A stretch of DNA of 64,000 nt. It comes from Anthoceros angustus (taxonomy: Eukaryota; Plantae; Anthocerotophyta). The notes beneath the pieces are model-generated. The model made no database searches. It worked only from the letters and a program-made list of their open reading frames with translations, and was not told where the DNA came from. The number at the start of each line of letters is the position of its first letter. The stretch's first letter is position 1. Position numbers and translations under genes: made by a program. Shown piece by piece: positions 25,156-38,971 of this stretch. The stretch is taken from assembly GCA_010909165.1 (NCBI GenBank), contig MU008162.1:930001-994000 (forward strand), written 5' to 3'.

Positions 25156-25619
25156 TGTACATACGTACGTACTATATATGTGCGTAGGAGTTTCTCACCG
25201 CACCACGGTATTTTTTTAAATTTGGATACTTTATACGTCAAAGAATACATCCAAGTCCTGCATCATAGTTTGCCTTCGTGGCTTTCCATAGCGTGTCTTC
25301 ATACAATACTTATTGTGGTCGCGCATGTAAGAAGTCTCTTGCGGAAGTCCCGTGCCCACATACATGGGACGCCATGCTACTTACACGTTTCGGTTTCGTG
25401 ACATTTTGCATTATTGACCCAATGCTCAGTAACAACAACAAGCATTGTATCTATGTCCACTGATGGTGGAAGAATCAATATGGGATAAAAATTTGTATAG
25501 CTGGAAAGAGGGAACAAAACATATTTTACACAAAGTAGTAACAAAAGAAAGTAATACAAACTAGAGAAATAACCAAATCGATCAATCAACTGTATCGGAA
25601 TAATTATGTGGGCGAGGAT

Positions 25620-26000
25620 ATAGAACCAATTATGTCCACGGAAAAAGGTTACTTGACCCATAGCACCTGCAGCCTTAAAAGTAGGTAACTTCTCCTTCTT
25701 ATATTGCCATTGCACTGGTGTAAGGTCCTCGTTGATGTACAATGCTGTCTCCCAGACAATAATCCTTGCCTTTAATATTTCAAGCCCATCATCCAGGGAA
25801 TGAAAAGTCACATGAAGGATTGAGAACTCTAAGAATTGAGAGTCAGACCTGGTGTTAACTGTCTGAGTCTTACCCGGGTGCCATTTTAGTCTCATGGGCT
25901 TTAACCATTCACCATCTGAAACTTTATTACCACTAGAGCAAAAGGGCTGTAGGGGGATTTCTTCCCGTTTTGCATCGCTAAATCTGAAAAAATCGGCCAT
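25620..26000 (-). mobile_element. Probable LINE ORF1 remnant
   Basis: LKARIIVWETALYINEDLTPVQWQYKKEKLPTFKAA..GQVTFFRG resembles the YINEDLT motif of non-LTR ORF1 C-termini. Confidence 0.5.
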
Positions 26001-27372
26001 TCACACATAGAAGCATTTTTTAAAGCATTGACTTGAAAAATTCTAATAAATTGAACTTATCCAAGAAGAAATGCCCCGAAATTTTCAATCATAGCACCTT
26101 AGTAACTTGCTCGTAGATTCTACTAATATTTTGATAAGTGCTCCCTTTAAGGAGTGACATCTAGATATGCTTTCACTAAAAAACATTTGGATGGGTTCAT
26201 TGAAATTTCATAGTCAAGCCTCGCTGGGACGGATTAATACTAGGATGGGGTACCACTCATTCCTCATCCTCATAGCCATGTGGGGCCACACGTTATGAAG
26301 CATGCCCTCATCTGCGCCTAATATAAATCACACCCTCGTCTCATGTACAGGACTTCGATATATACTTCAAAAAATATATATAAAGTCTCTAAATTCTCGG
26401 AAAATAATATTTTAATAATAATATAAAAATAATAGTTCAGTAGTTCTTACCAACATTTTAGCTAGCAATTGACCGGTCCACATTAGCACGGCTCCCGGCG
26501 TGTGGTTTGGCGAAAAGCATGGCTCCTAGATAGGTGCTTCGCAAAAGGCATGGGTCCTTGGTAGGTGCTTCTGGAAAGGCGTAGCCAAGTGATACACCTA
26601 TGTATGATTTGGACTCCCCTAGCGACATTTGGACACCTAAATCGCTTAGAAAAATAAACTGAATTAAATCATAGAATATAAATAAATTATTCCATTACAA
26701 CAATATTTTATTATTTACATATTAATATTCCCTATAGAATAAAAATAAATTTATCTTGCTATCGAAGAGTTAAGAAGCAGTGCATATCTGATCACTTAAT
26801 ACTCCCTCAAATCGTCGATGTTTTATTCTCATACATACACATTCAACGTATAAAAAATACCCCAACCACTAAAAGACTGACGGAAGTCAACAAACAAGTT
26901 AGAAGTCAATATACCAGCACAAATTCAACTACCATAAATACAATGTCTCACCTTCCAAAAAAGACCCGAGTACCAAGGGAAGCTTGTGGGTTTCCGGAAC
27001 TCTAAAGACTCAAGGAGGCAATCAATTCCGTCGCGGCTAAGGAAATGCTGGCACGCAACGAGATGATGAAATTAGATTGACATCACCATACGGAAAACCA
27101 TCTCACTGACCCAAATGTACACAGCTAGGAAATTCGATTGCAGCTGAACGGCCCTCAAGCCTGCAAGAAAGGTGCCTGGTTTTTGCTACGCAGTACGGCG
27201 AGGGTCCTGCTCAGCCTGCAGCACAAACAAGGAGTTTGCAATCAACCGCTGGGATAAGAAGAAAAGAAGGGCAGTACCAAAAACGAAATGCAGAAGCGCA
27301 GTCTGACCTAATCAGGAAGGCAGGCACCTTACCCGCGAAAGGAAAACTGGGATATTCAGGAGGAGGGAATAA

Positions 27373-29382
27373 TCAAGCAGCGTTTGCCAGCTCCTTGGCC
27401 CTCTTTTTCCTACTCCTCTTAAGCAATCCAAGAACAAACAAAGCAAACTTCAAAACGACACCTCCTCTTCTTGATTTCTTATCAGACCCTTGCTTTATTT
27501 CGATATGCCTTCGCATGTAGTCGAGCACAGCCTGGGCAAACCAACAACAAACGACAGCACCTTGGGATAAGTGAAAAATAAATATAATTATATGTTGCCA
27601 GGCGGATTTCCCTATTGCAACAGGGTACGAGACACAAGATACGAAACCGACATTGCACGGAATGGAGAAAACACCTCTTGGTACCTTCTTGCCTTGGTGG
27701 GCAATTTCCAAAGGAGGAACTTGAAACGGATTGCCATCCAGCTTCAGTTCCCGCAAGTTGGTTAGCTGGGCGAAGGAGTCTGGCAACACAGTGATGTGGT
27801 TGAAGCTTATGTCCAGCTCCTGGAGCCTTTGGAGGTTTCCAATAGACTGAGGCAAAGTCTTGAGCTCATTGAAGTTGGAGGAAACGTCCAACCTCACAAG
27901 GTTAGGCAAAGAACATACACTCTCTGGAAGTGCCTCAAGGTGGTTGAAGTGCACATCCAGCTCCTGCAAGTTCGTCAGAGAGCTCATGGTGGTTGGCAGC
28001 CGAGTGATGCTGTTCAAATGGACGGAGAGTATCCGGAGGGATATGAGATGCCCCACAGCTTCTGGCAACGCTTTGAGGTGGTTGAAATCTGCACGTAATT
28101 CCTCTAGGGAGTAACATCCCCCTATCGTCCACGGCAACTCCTCAATACCATTCTTCATGATATTGAGTTTCTGCAAATTTGACAGCCGCCCTAAACCCTC
28201 AGGCAGCTCCTTGAGCTTGTTGGAGCTCACATCAAGAATCGTCAGTTGCTTGAGGTCTCCAATCGACTCCGGCAATCTCTCCAGTTGATTTTTCGCGAGA
28301 TTCAGGACCTTCAAGTTGATGAGAAGCCCAATAGAATCTGGCAGCCAAGTCAACTCCGTATCCTTCAAAACCAAGTTATCCGCACCATTTTCCACAGCGG
28401 ATTCCAGAACAGCGAGGAGATTAGGTGGGCAAGCTCCAGCAGCTCCATCCTCGTGAATGGTAGTCATAGGCTCAAAACCTGCCAGTTAGAAACGCGCTTT
28501 CAACATCAGCCATGACGAGGCCACGGTACTTCGCATATCGCTATGAAAGGATCTAAACCCTAGAAGACAGCCCCAAAGGCACCGTGCTAGCCAAAAGATC
28601 GACACGAACGACAAAGGCTCACCGCCGCTGGCTGAAGACACCGATGTGGACACCAGGGGAATTAAAGAAAGCGTGTTCTTGTCTTGGCCACCGGTCTTGC
28701 CTTCTGCAGGCTCCCCGGTCCAAGGAGAAACGTACTTGGGGAGAGGGTCCTCAACAACGTTGCCGTTGTACCCCCTGTGTGACGGGACAGCCAAATCCAG
28801 AGCAAGGTGACTGGCATTCGGTTTCTCCAACCTGGAAGACAGGTCCTTCTCCCAGTCCCTGGCAACGGATTTCCCATTCCCTGCACTCGATGCCACATTT
28901 GCATTCGCATCGGCACCGGCGCTCGCATTTCCTAGTACGTGCAAAATTTTCTCATCCAAGATGGCACCCAAATCCGATAGCGCCCCATTGTCACTCGACG
29001 GACCTGCCGCGGTACTGACAGGCGGGTGCAGGGACACCACGGTAGCATGCACCTTGAGCAGGAGAGCATCAAACCGGCGGTGCCTCTCCTCCAGTTCCAG
29101 CACCGCCGTAGCCATCCGCTTCTCAGCCTGCGCCTGGCAGCGCAGCACGTCTTCCCTCATCTCCTGGTACGCCCGGAACACCGGATGCGGAATGGCCTCC
29201 GGGCGGTGCTGGATCATCACCGCCTCCAGCCGCCCGCCCAATGCGCTGTCCACCTTGGCCACCACTTCCCGAGCCGAGTCCACCTGATCCAGCGACGGCC
29301 TCGGCGGAAGCGAGCGCTGCAGCTGCGTCATCTCCTCCACCAGTTCCTCCAGCGTCCGCGCCATGGCCCCCATAGCCCCCAT
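27373..29382 (-). CDS. PIRL: Plant intracellular Ras-group-related LRR protein; exons ~29382-28624, 28478-27685, 27531-27373
   Basis: N-terminal LQRSLPPRPSLDQVDSA coiled-coil region, ~9 LxxLPxxIxxLxxLxxL repeats, GNPFQVPP..AVLDYM cap; GT-AG junctions keep frame. Confidence 0.88.
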
Positions 29383-31907
29383 AGCACCCGCACATGGCCC
29401 CGCCTCCTGCCCCGCAGAATTCACCGAGCTCCCTCACCGCCCACCAGCGCAAATCCCATCAAAACGCTCCAACAAAACTGCCTCCGGCTGCCTCCGTCTC
29501 CCCCGCCCCGCCTACTCCTGAATCCGGCTCAGTCAGCCCCAGCCCCTCAAGCCTCCAAATGCCAATGCAAATGCAAATGCAGATGCAACTGCACACGCCG
29601 CCTTCTCCGAATTCAAGACACCTATCTCCGACCACAGCTGCCAGAGCTGGCCCCACTATGACTAAGCACAGCAAGAAGAGGAGGAGGAGGACGAAGAAGC
29701 TAAGGAAGAAGAAGCAGGAAAGAAGAGCAAGGGAAGGAGAAGGAGAAGGGGAAGGAAAACCGGAGTTTCCCCTCGCTCTTTGCTCCCTTCCTTCCTCCCA
29801 CCCACCGGTGCGGTGGGGCTCACAGCCCCAGCAAAGCTGCTGACACACAAGGCTCGTTTTCCAGAGCAGCCCGGCCCTGGCGATGGCACCGGCATTCCCC
29901 ACGCTCTCCGCGCGCAGCCGAAGCAGCCGAGTCTCTCAAGGCGCGATCTGGCGCCGGGGGCTGCTGCTATGTAGAGAGCGACACACTGGCGCATAAAAAT
30001 TCACCAAATATGACAAAAAAAACTGCACCCAGGTATGTACAACCACAGTGCAGAATGGCAGGACACCAAGTCCAACAGCTTCAACTTCAACTGCACAGCA
30101 GAGACGTCTCGCAGCCCTGCCCTGACTTACCCCCGTTTTAGGGTTTCATTCTTCGCCGCGACGATGCTCGACCGAGCTTGCGGCTGCAGCGGCAGCTGCA
30201 GCGCACGGAGCTTGATGACGAGAGGGAAGACGGAAGTGGAGAACAATGTCAGATCGGAGCTGCCAAAGTGCTGTGACAGAATTGGATGCCGGTAGTGGAC
30301 TGTGACGGACGGCAAGAAGCTTCAACCATGGCGTTGATGTTTGCTCACCTCAAGGTGTGTGGTTGGAACTCGTGCTGTCCAGTCCTCAGACCGAGAAAGG
30401 TTGGAGGAGCTGGTTGCCGGATAAGGAGTCGACGGTGGCGTTATCTGCCACTTGCCTGCACCGCACGCCAACATCTGCGGGGACTGGCCAGCTATGGTGA
30501 AAGGTGACAAAGTTCGTGAAAGGTAAAAACGACGGCAAATCCGCTGCGGTGACGTCGTGTAAAACAAGAGGCGGGGTGGATCTGAGAAGCTGTAGATCGG
30601 GGCTCGGGAGGGAAGCCGTACCGGAGTAGGGATGGAGGAGGGAGGAGATGGAGATGCCATGGCCTGTCCCTGGCTGCGGACTGCGTTGTGCGCGTGCGGG
30701 GGAGGTGAGTCTGGTGATGGCGAGGTCTTGCAATCAGGTCGTTTCAGGAGTCACGGAAGCACCTGCCTGGATTCCTGCTCTCCCGGCACGCGGGTAGGTT
30801 GCAGCGACGAGGACAAGTCTGACAGAGTGGCGGTCCCGTTCCGGGTCGCAAACGCAGCTTGCGAAGTGCGGTGCGAGCAGGTGGTTGTGATGGGAGCCGA
30901 GTAGGCTGGACCCGGGTTATGGTGTGCCTCTGTGTTCCTTCCTAGCAGGTGTGGTGGTGGCAGGCTTTGATCGTTCTGCGCGAAGAACGTTGCGAGAGTC
31001 ACGGGTATCGCCGTGGCAGGCTGATCGCCGTGGATGCGTTTCTTCTCCTTGTTTATTGTCGTCGGCCTGTTTTCTTGTTGGATGTTGGACGGGAATTTTG
31101 GAAATGATGGAGATGGCAGACGCAGCACTGCAGCGTGCACTTCTTCTGCATTCTTTTATGCTCCCGCGGGCTTCTTTGTTTACTGATGAGGCTACTGTTC
31201 ACCCGGCTATGGTATGCTCTAGAAACACTACGCTGCGAAGGATGAGTGCCAGGGCTAAGTGACAGCAGGAGCTGCATTATGTACCACAAGCTTTCTGCAG
31301 CATTGCCATTGGCTTTTCAAGAGGCGCTCCCACAGAGGATTCTGTCGTCCTTATTAAAGCCTGGGGATGCGGCAGGACATATTCGCCTGGACAAAACAGC
31401 AGCGGGTTGGGATCGGAATCCCCTTGCGTGCAGACACAATGTTGGAGATGGCCAACTGAACAACAAGGATATGGTCAACCGTGAAGGGATTATGTTCGCA
31501 AATGTATCGATCACTACCAGGTTTCGGATGGTTCTGGTTTTTACGTACCAATTGCGGTGTGATGTGATTCTAGAGCCTAGAATTCAAGCTGCTGCAGGTA
31601 TTGATCATCTATTCGGCACCACGTCTTTGGAAATGGTCCGACCATAGTCAACTTCTTGCGGATGCTTCGTTCCTGAACTCCAACAACTCGCTGCAGACAT
31701 GTTTGAAGGCATAGATTTCGAGGGTATAGGAGAGACCGATCATGGCGTCGATTTCGGGACTACGGAAACAAGCTTCCAGCCTTGACCCACAAGAAATACC
31801 AAGACACCATTTGTGCCATGAAAGATACAACAACACCATTGGTGGCATGAGAAGTACCAACACCATTGGTGCCATGAGAAATATCAACTCAAGGTCATCA
31901 GAGGAGC

Positions 31908-32375
31908 GCCATCAGGAAATACAAATTAAAGGTAAAGAGATGACCGATTGCTAGCACTTACACGAAGCACTTTCATGGAAGCATCAGCAAATACAAGTTA
32001 AAGGTAAAGGGATGACAGATTGCAAGCACTTACGCAGAGCACTTTCACGGAAGCATCAGGAAATACAAGTTAAAGGTAAAGAGTGACCAATTGCAAACAT
32101 TTACGCACAGCACTTTCACGAAGCATCAGGAAATACAAGTTAAAGGTAAAGAGATAACCAAGAAGAGGAAAAGAAGATTTTATTATAAAAAAGAGATGGA
32201 AAAACCCATCCACCAAGAAGCACTTTCACGGAATCGCATGCGAGCCACTGGAGATGAAGCTTCACACGAAGCACTTTCACAGAAGCATGCGAGCCACTGG
32301 AGAAGGCACTGTAGATGGAAGCTTCAAGCGAAGCATGCGAGCCAGGAAGCATGCGGGCCACTGGCGATGGAAGCT
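31908..32375 (+). repeat. Minisatellite: 4 x ~72-bp unit (catcaggaaatacaagttaaaggtaaagag...agcactttcacg) followed by related ~50-bp units
   Basis: Unit starts at ~31910, 31982, 32054, 32124. Confidence 0.85.
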
Positions 32376-32959
32376 TCGAAATTCGAAATACCTTTCACGA
32401 GTGAAGGAATGTTTCCAACCGACTGTGCACACGCCAGCAGATTCCGGCATAGTCCTGTGGGCCTTGCTCTGAAGGGAAATCTGAACTGTCTTCCTGCAGG
32501 ACGACATCAGCAACAACAGGGGCTGCCAGAACCACGTGGAGGAGCTTTAAATTTAACCAGGAACGAGGAGATGAATTGATACCTCTCGGCACATTTCCAG
32601 CTGCAAAGAACAGGAAAAGCTGAAGTGAAGAATATACGAGTCCCCCGTGACAAAACGCAGAGCAAGCAAACCGTGGCGGAGGGATAAGATCGGACCTCGC
32701 CCTGGTCGATCGTATGGACGAGGATTTGATTTTCTCACCAAAATCGATCCTCCGTCATTCTGAAGTCCACATTGGGGATGCCATGTGATTGAAGTCTGCC
32801 TGAAAGATCTGAGGATGCTTCCGAATTGAGTCACAGTGTACCATTCACAACTTTGTCTTTGTTTTTCCGAACGGCCACATCCAAATAATATGGATGTCGC
32901 ATTTCTCCTGTCTCGCATCTTCCTACAGTTTCCTGTAATCGCCTTGCTCTTCATCGATG

Positions 32960-34150
32960 CGAAAGAGCCTTGAGAACGTGTACACTCATTGAGGATCTCA
33001 GTTGCAGCCAGCTTGTTGAACGCGTCAGTAAAGTGGAGCCCAACCCAAATCATGTGCTCGGAAGGATCACTGCACAGGACCGTGTTGCCTTGTCCGCAGA
33101 ACAAGGTCTGATTGAAGTTGTAGCCGAAGGTCCCCGGACCCCCGCAGCACACCAGGAATCCTTCCTTAAATCCTGATCCACCAAAGCACCCTCTTGATGT
33201 TGATGGCAGATCGTGCACCATTTGATGAGCCGGGGACCAAGACATTAAGCTTACCGTACGTAGCAGTGCGCTGTAGATGAGTGTGTGGACGTCCGCAACT
33301 GCGAACACAGCTTCTTGGAAGTGTCGTCCAACACATCTTCGAGCGCCTCCTGGACGAGCGTGCTTGTGTACTTGGCAACGGCTTTGAACCCCGAGAGGCA
33401 GCCAGTTTTTGCGCTGCACACAGCTCCAGGAAAGTTCTTCATGTTGGGGTTGCTGAGCAGGAATCGAAGGCAGCCAATGGGCGGGATGTTCCACAGTATC
33501 AACTGCCTGGCCCCAACTCCCTCGTAAAGCCTCTGCAGCGATGACAGATGAACTCCCATCACCCATGAGCAGCACTGCATCCGTCAAGCACATGTGCACC
33601 AAAGATCCGAATGTGAGTAGTTGTGGTTACCGTGACTGCCAAGGAGATGTCGGAGGCGATCTGAGAGAGATGACTGCTTTGATGGCGTCCTCAGAAGCAG
33701 CTGGACTCCGATTGCTATGTAATACACCCCCTTTCTCTTGAAAGACGATCGGGCAGGCACTGAAACCAAGCATCAGCAACATTTTGCATGCATGGACAAA
33801 GACAAACATCACCAGGAATGACATCTCCAGAAGGGATGCTTGGCATCAAGAGAAGCGAATCCAGGTTCCCACTCAACTTCCATCAGAATTTGAGTTCTAA
33901 CAGTAACCACATTAAGCAATGTGGGGGTGCAGCTGTCTGTTACCGATCCACTCGATCACGAGCCTTCCATCGCAGAATCTGCCTGTCGGGTGACCAGGAC
34001 ATGTTTAAACCCCCGTGAGACGTGAGAGGGAAAGGCGAGAGGGATGTTGGAAGCCAGTCCGTGGGTGCCCAGGATTTCCACATCCTGCAACCTGCCCGGC
34101 TGCACAAACTGGAGCACCAGGCCCAAGCAGAGCAGCAAGGCAGACTTCAT
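32960..34150 (-). pseudogene. GDSL esterase/lipase pseudogene with introns
   Basis: Signal peptide MKSALLLCLGL; GHPTGRFCDGRLVIEWI; LYEGVGARQLILWNIPPIGCL; GFKEGFLVCCG; CSDPSEHMIWVGLHFTDAFN. Catalytic GDS and DxxH are mutated; frameshifts. Confidence 0.8.
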
Positions 34151-34800
34151 TGTGAAAGAATTCGAACTTGGCATCAGCAATGTGGCTGCTTGACGGAGCC
34201 ACCTTATGCCCTCCTTTCAAGCCAACACCATGAATTCAATCCCACAATGTGCATGCTGGACTCTGTCGGGATGCCAAACACCCAATTAAGAATCCCCAAA
34301 CAGTACTCGTTTGGGGTTTCCGTGGAAGGTCCAGACTCAACTTTGTCTCCAGAGCGCAACTTGCAAACCTAACATAGCGGGGATAAGGACTCTGTGCCTG
34401 TATCAGCACTGTTCCCCTTCGGACAGAGGTTGCTGATGCATGCCCGGCCTAAAATTGTGTCCGTCCCGACAAGTTGAATGGAAAATTAGGTCTGTGTGCA
34501 GTCGGTGATGTACAAGGGGAGATGGTGGATTATTAGGATAGAAAGAGAGAGGGGAGAGGTTGGGGGCATGGAACACCATGCCATGGAGGTGGCGGGTGGT
34601 ACGTCCGGCCACCTGATCTTGAGCTTCAGCCTCTCTCCATGGGCCTTCTACTCATTTCATGCTCTCGTGTTGTTTTTTCTTCCTGCCTTTTATGCGGAGT
34701 GCTCCTTGTCTATGTAATTTTTTATTTAAATAATTATTTCTATGATAATTTTAATAGTTTAGTAAGTATGAATAGATTATCTTAATAACGCCTCTCACTA

Positions 34801-36090
34801 TGTAGCCAGTAAGGAAGCGGCAAGTGCTGGCTTCCCAGCGATCTAAGACCTCGCCAATTCACTCCACGGAGAGACTTGCACAACTCTCAGTGCTTTCAAC
34901 CTCATGACACAGCACTAGGAAGACCGTCGTCACTGAGGACTTACAAACCACCTCCTCCTCGGAGAGACTTGCACAACTCTCAGTGCTTTCAACCTCATGA
35001 CACAGCACTAGGAAGACCGTCGTCACTGAGGACTTACAAACCACCTCCTCCTCAGAGGTGCTGCTCTTTTTCCTAGAATACACACTTAAGTCTGGCTATC
35101 TACGCCCAACTGGCTATACTGCCTTTGACTCAATGACAAGCTCACTAACTAGGCTCTCCGTAGCTCTCTCAACACAAGGCTTGCAGCGCACATTGAATTG
35201 AATGTTCCGCCCTCAAAGCCCTTGCTTTCGCCTTTATATATCCTGGATTGCTTGAACTAGGCAACTACTAACTTAAGAGATTCTTGCAAACCACTCATCA
35301 AGAGTCCTTTCTACGCAGTCTAATTAGTGTCTGCAGCAATTCCTCTATAGTAGGAGATTGCATGAACCATGCAACACATGCGTCTTCTTAACATGGCAGC
35401 TACTAATTAGTTTTTTATCTCTTTTAACTTTTCACTTTTCTATCTTGTTTTACAAGTATTGTTACTTTCTGCCTCTCTAGGAAGATGTCATTGTCCTCAA
35501 TGACCTCCAGTGTAACGTGAGATCATCCATGATCCTTGTTGCACAATTTTCAAGTAAAACCCAGACATGATAACACTGCATAACCATGAAGCCTTACTAG
35601 ATACTCTGGTACATAGCCACGAATAGCAAGCACTTCTCTCTCTGCCAGGAATTCAACTATCTCTCACGGTCCATGAGTTTTGTGTTGAACCAGGATGACA
35701 TAATCCTTCCTATTCATATCTTCATTCTCTTTCGAAATGACAATTGGTTTCAGCAAAGAGACATGAGACACATTATGAGAGAAAAACCAATCAGGCAGTT
35801 GTAGTTTGTAAGCCACATTTCCAATGCACTTCAGAACTATGGAAGGTCCTCCATACTTAGGCCTTTGAGGTCAACCTTTGTGGCAGTGGAAAATTCTTCA
35901 ATTTTACCCACATCTAGTCACCTACTTGAAACTCTGCCTCTTTCTTGTGCCTATCCACAAACTTCTTTTGCCTTTCTTAAGCTTTGGCCAAAATCTTCTT
36001 GGCAACTTCATGCCTAGCCTTCAATTGCTCAATAAACTCACGTGATTCTCTTATTGTTGTCTTAAACACTTCAGCATTTAACATGGACAC
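34801..36090 (-). mobile_element. Chromovirus (Ty3/Gypsy) 3' remnant: integrase GPY/F region, chromodomain, PPT and LTR (~34801-35465)
   Basis: PKYGGPSIVLKCIGNVAYKLQLPDW...HVSLLKP (35750-35865); EYLVRLHGY chromodomain-like motif (~35590); TTGAGGACAA and purine tract near 35470-35500; TATA-like ~35235; terminal CA at 34801. Confidence 0.75.
34867..35052. repeat. Exact 93-bp tandem duplication
   Basis: cggagagacttgcacaac...ccacctcctcct twice. Confidence 0.9.
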
Positions 36091-37717
36091 TACGTTCATT
36101 GCTTCATTACCTGTCATCTGAAAAAGTGTGTAGCTTATGGAGCTATGTACAGTATTATTGTAACAGAACTCTGCATTCTCAAGATAATCACTCTAGTCTC
36201 GCTAGTCTATCTGTATATAGTGTCATAAGTATTCTCCTTGGATTCATCCCGTTACTTGGGATCCTCAAATTCGGCCACTTCTGTGATCCTGAGTCTTCGA
36301 GGCTGTAGATCTTCTTCTACTACATTGAGAGTCTGTTCACCATTCGGGCATTTATTTGCATATTATCTTGGCTCTCCACAAGAGTAGCAGACTCCTTTCC
36401 GAGAACCCATTGTGAATGTTCTCTGAGCTCTAAGCCTCTGTGCGGTCCTTGATTTCTTCCGCGGAATTTCCTCTTGGATTGCCTCTTGCAACTCCATTTC
36501 CGCTAGTGTCCTTGGCAGCTTAATGCTTGGCATCAAGAGAAGAGAGTATAGGGTAACTCACGTCACCCACCACGGAATGATATGCTCCTGCACTTAGCTA
36601 TGGCTACAAACTCAAGCATCGATCCACCTGCAGCGATAGATTAAACGAAATAGCTAAAGAGATGGGCAGGCTCTTGTTTTTGGCTATGGCACCGAGTCTG
36701 GAATTGATTGAGGAAGCAAGGATTCAAAGTGAGAGGATGAGTAGAAGCAGCATTGAGATTGAACCAGAAAGGAGTATGTTGATGAATGATGTGTTTGTGG
36801 TATATCATGTAAAGTTTACGATGTTGAGCTTCAGTGACGATGTGCACGTATTTCCCATGTGGATGTGTTGTTGTCCTATGGTCTACTAGGTCTATAGGGG
36901 TGGTGTTCGAGGTGGTAGTTGAGTCTGCGACGATAGTTGCATTAGAAGGTCATGGTTAGGTAAGGTAGCGACTCAACTACTACCTCAAACAAATGAAAGG
37001 TACCTTTTTAGCACGAAACCATTCCCTATTGATCGGATCCCAACCTATAATAAAAATAGGGTAATTGTGTGCACTAGTGTGTCCCTAGACACTTAAAGGA
37101 GTTCCACACTTCTCCATTCAATATGGATGTGGCATATCTCTTTTATTTGGCATCTTGCAAGGGCTACCGGCCCAAGGAGCTATTGCTGCAGCACCATCGC
37201 ACTATTTTGCTTTCTTTCCTGTATTTATCATACACCCAAATTAGAGTTGGGGTGTGATGGCCCCACCTCAGCCATTATTTCAAAAAACCCTTGGTTGGAG
37301 GGTCATGGCAGACTTGAATTTTTTTCTTTTCTCGATCAGGCTCATGAGGCCTGCCTGACTGGCTTAATCAAGCCCAATTAGGATACGATGGAAAATAGTA
37401 TTTGTCCAATTTATGTTTATCAATCAAAATTGGAGTAGGATAAAATATTTTTGTAAACTTTATAGATGGACCTGTAAAATTAATATCAGTATCTACTTAT
37501 TCAAGAATGACGACTAGATTAGAAATATTTTTTATATAAAATTGAGGGGATTTATTTGACTTTTCCCTCAATTCATTGAGTGTTCAGCCTTTTCTCTTTA
37601 AACTTGTCAAGAGAGGGTCTTACATGACAAGTACAGATGTGATGATTATTATTCACTAGCGAGGGCTGAGGGTTGATCATCATACTTCACCAAATCTATG
37701 TTTTTGTATCATTGAGA

Positions 37718-38971
37718 ATGAGTACAAGGATGAATTACCTCATCATAACATTGATATTGTTTCAATTGTTAGAATATGTAGTCGCAAGTAAAGATAATGT
37801 GAAGATAAGGATGATAATATTTGGAGATTCAATTGTAGATGTCGGTAATAACAATTATAGGCAAACATCCGATATTGCTAGAGCAAATTTTCGACCTTAT
37901 GGTATTGATTTTATTGGTCACAGGGCTACCGGAAGGCATTCTAATGGAAAACTTCTTGTCGACATGTTGGCCAGTAAAGCAAACCTCACTCATTATCCAT
38001 TGCCTTACCTTCATGCAAGTGACAAAGCATATACATGTGTCCGGAGTTAATTTTGGATCGCAAGTTCGGCTTGATAATACTGAAATGATGGCAACGTGAT
38101 TCCGTTGTCAGAACAGTTTTTGTTGTTCAGTGAAGATATGTTGACTTCATTAAAAAAATCAATTGGATCTAAGAAGGCTATTGTTCATGTTAAGAAAAGT
38201 TTATTTCATATCTCAGTGGGAACAAATGACATTGCAGAACATGTTATGGCTGGCAATAAGTTAACTATTGATTTCCGGCACAAGCTACTTGGGAAGTATA
38301 CTCGCTTCCTTCAAGATTTATATGGTCTGGGTGCTCGATTTTTTTCCATAACTGACATTCCGGCACTTGGTTGTACACCTTATATGAGGGCAAAATTCAA
38401 ACCAAAAAATAATTCAGGTTGCGTTTATTCTATGAACAAATGGGTGCACGGCTTCAACAAGCAACTCCGAATTGAGCTTGACCAGTTTCAATCTGATTTT
38501 CCAGAGGCAAGAATTCACATTGTACCAATGTTCTATGTGACAAATCATATATCTCATAATTTTATTAAACATGGATTTAAGAAGAATGAAGCTTGTTGCG
38601 GAGCAGGATTATATAATGGTGAGCATCGATGCAATGCTGCTTCAAACATTTGCAAAAATGCACGTGATTATGTTTGGTTTGATGCATTCCATCCAAGCCA
38701 ACATGCAAACAGGTGGGTTTTAAGTGCAATGTCGAAGTGTGTTTATCCTTCGAAACCGAAATCATCAATATTATCAACAATTGAAGAATTGATTGATCTC
38801 ATATTCGATTTTATACGAAATATAGATAATATAATTTATGGGGGCACATCTCCAACCTCTTATGACCCTGAAGGTGACTCGGCTCCTGCAAATGTGCCTG
38901 ATTATGAAGATGGCACACTTCTTCCGCCAGATCCTTATAATGATGGTCCTGCTGTATCATATGGGCCTTGA
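37718..38971 (+). pseudogene. Intronless GDSL esterase/lipase with frameshifts near 38030-38100 (processed copy or assembly error)
   Basis: Signal peptide, IIFGDSIVDVGNN, RPYGIDF..ATGRHSNG, GVNFGS, SVGTND, LYGLGAR, LGCTP, ACCGAG, YVWFDAFHPSQ. Confidence 0.85.

Noticed and set aside
30000-31650. Possible gene divergent from PIRL (and fragments at 41580-43500)
   Set aside because: Some splice-like signals, but no coherent frame or recognisable domain.
31908-32375. CRISPR-like appearance of spaced repeats (also 2064-2285 and 52843-52936)
   Set aside because: Spacers are not unique, no cas genes, eukaryotic context.
32553-33602. 349-aa ORF as a real protein
   Set aside because: Only part is in the GDSL frame; the rest is out-of-frame read-through.
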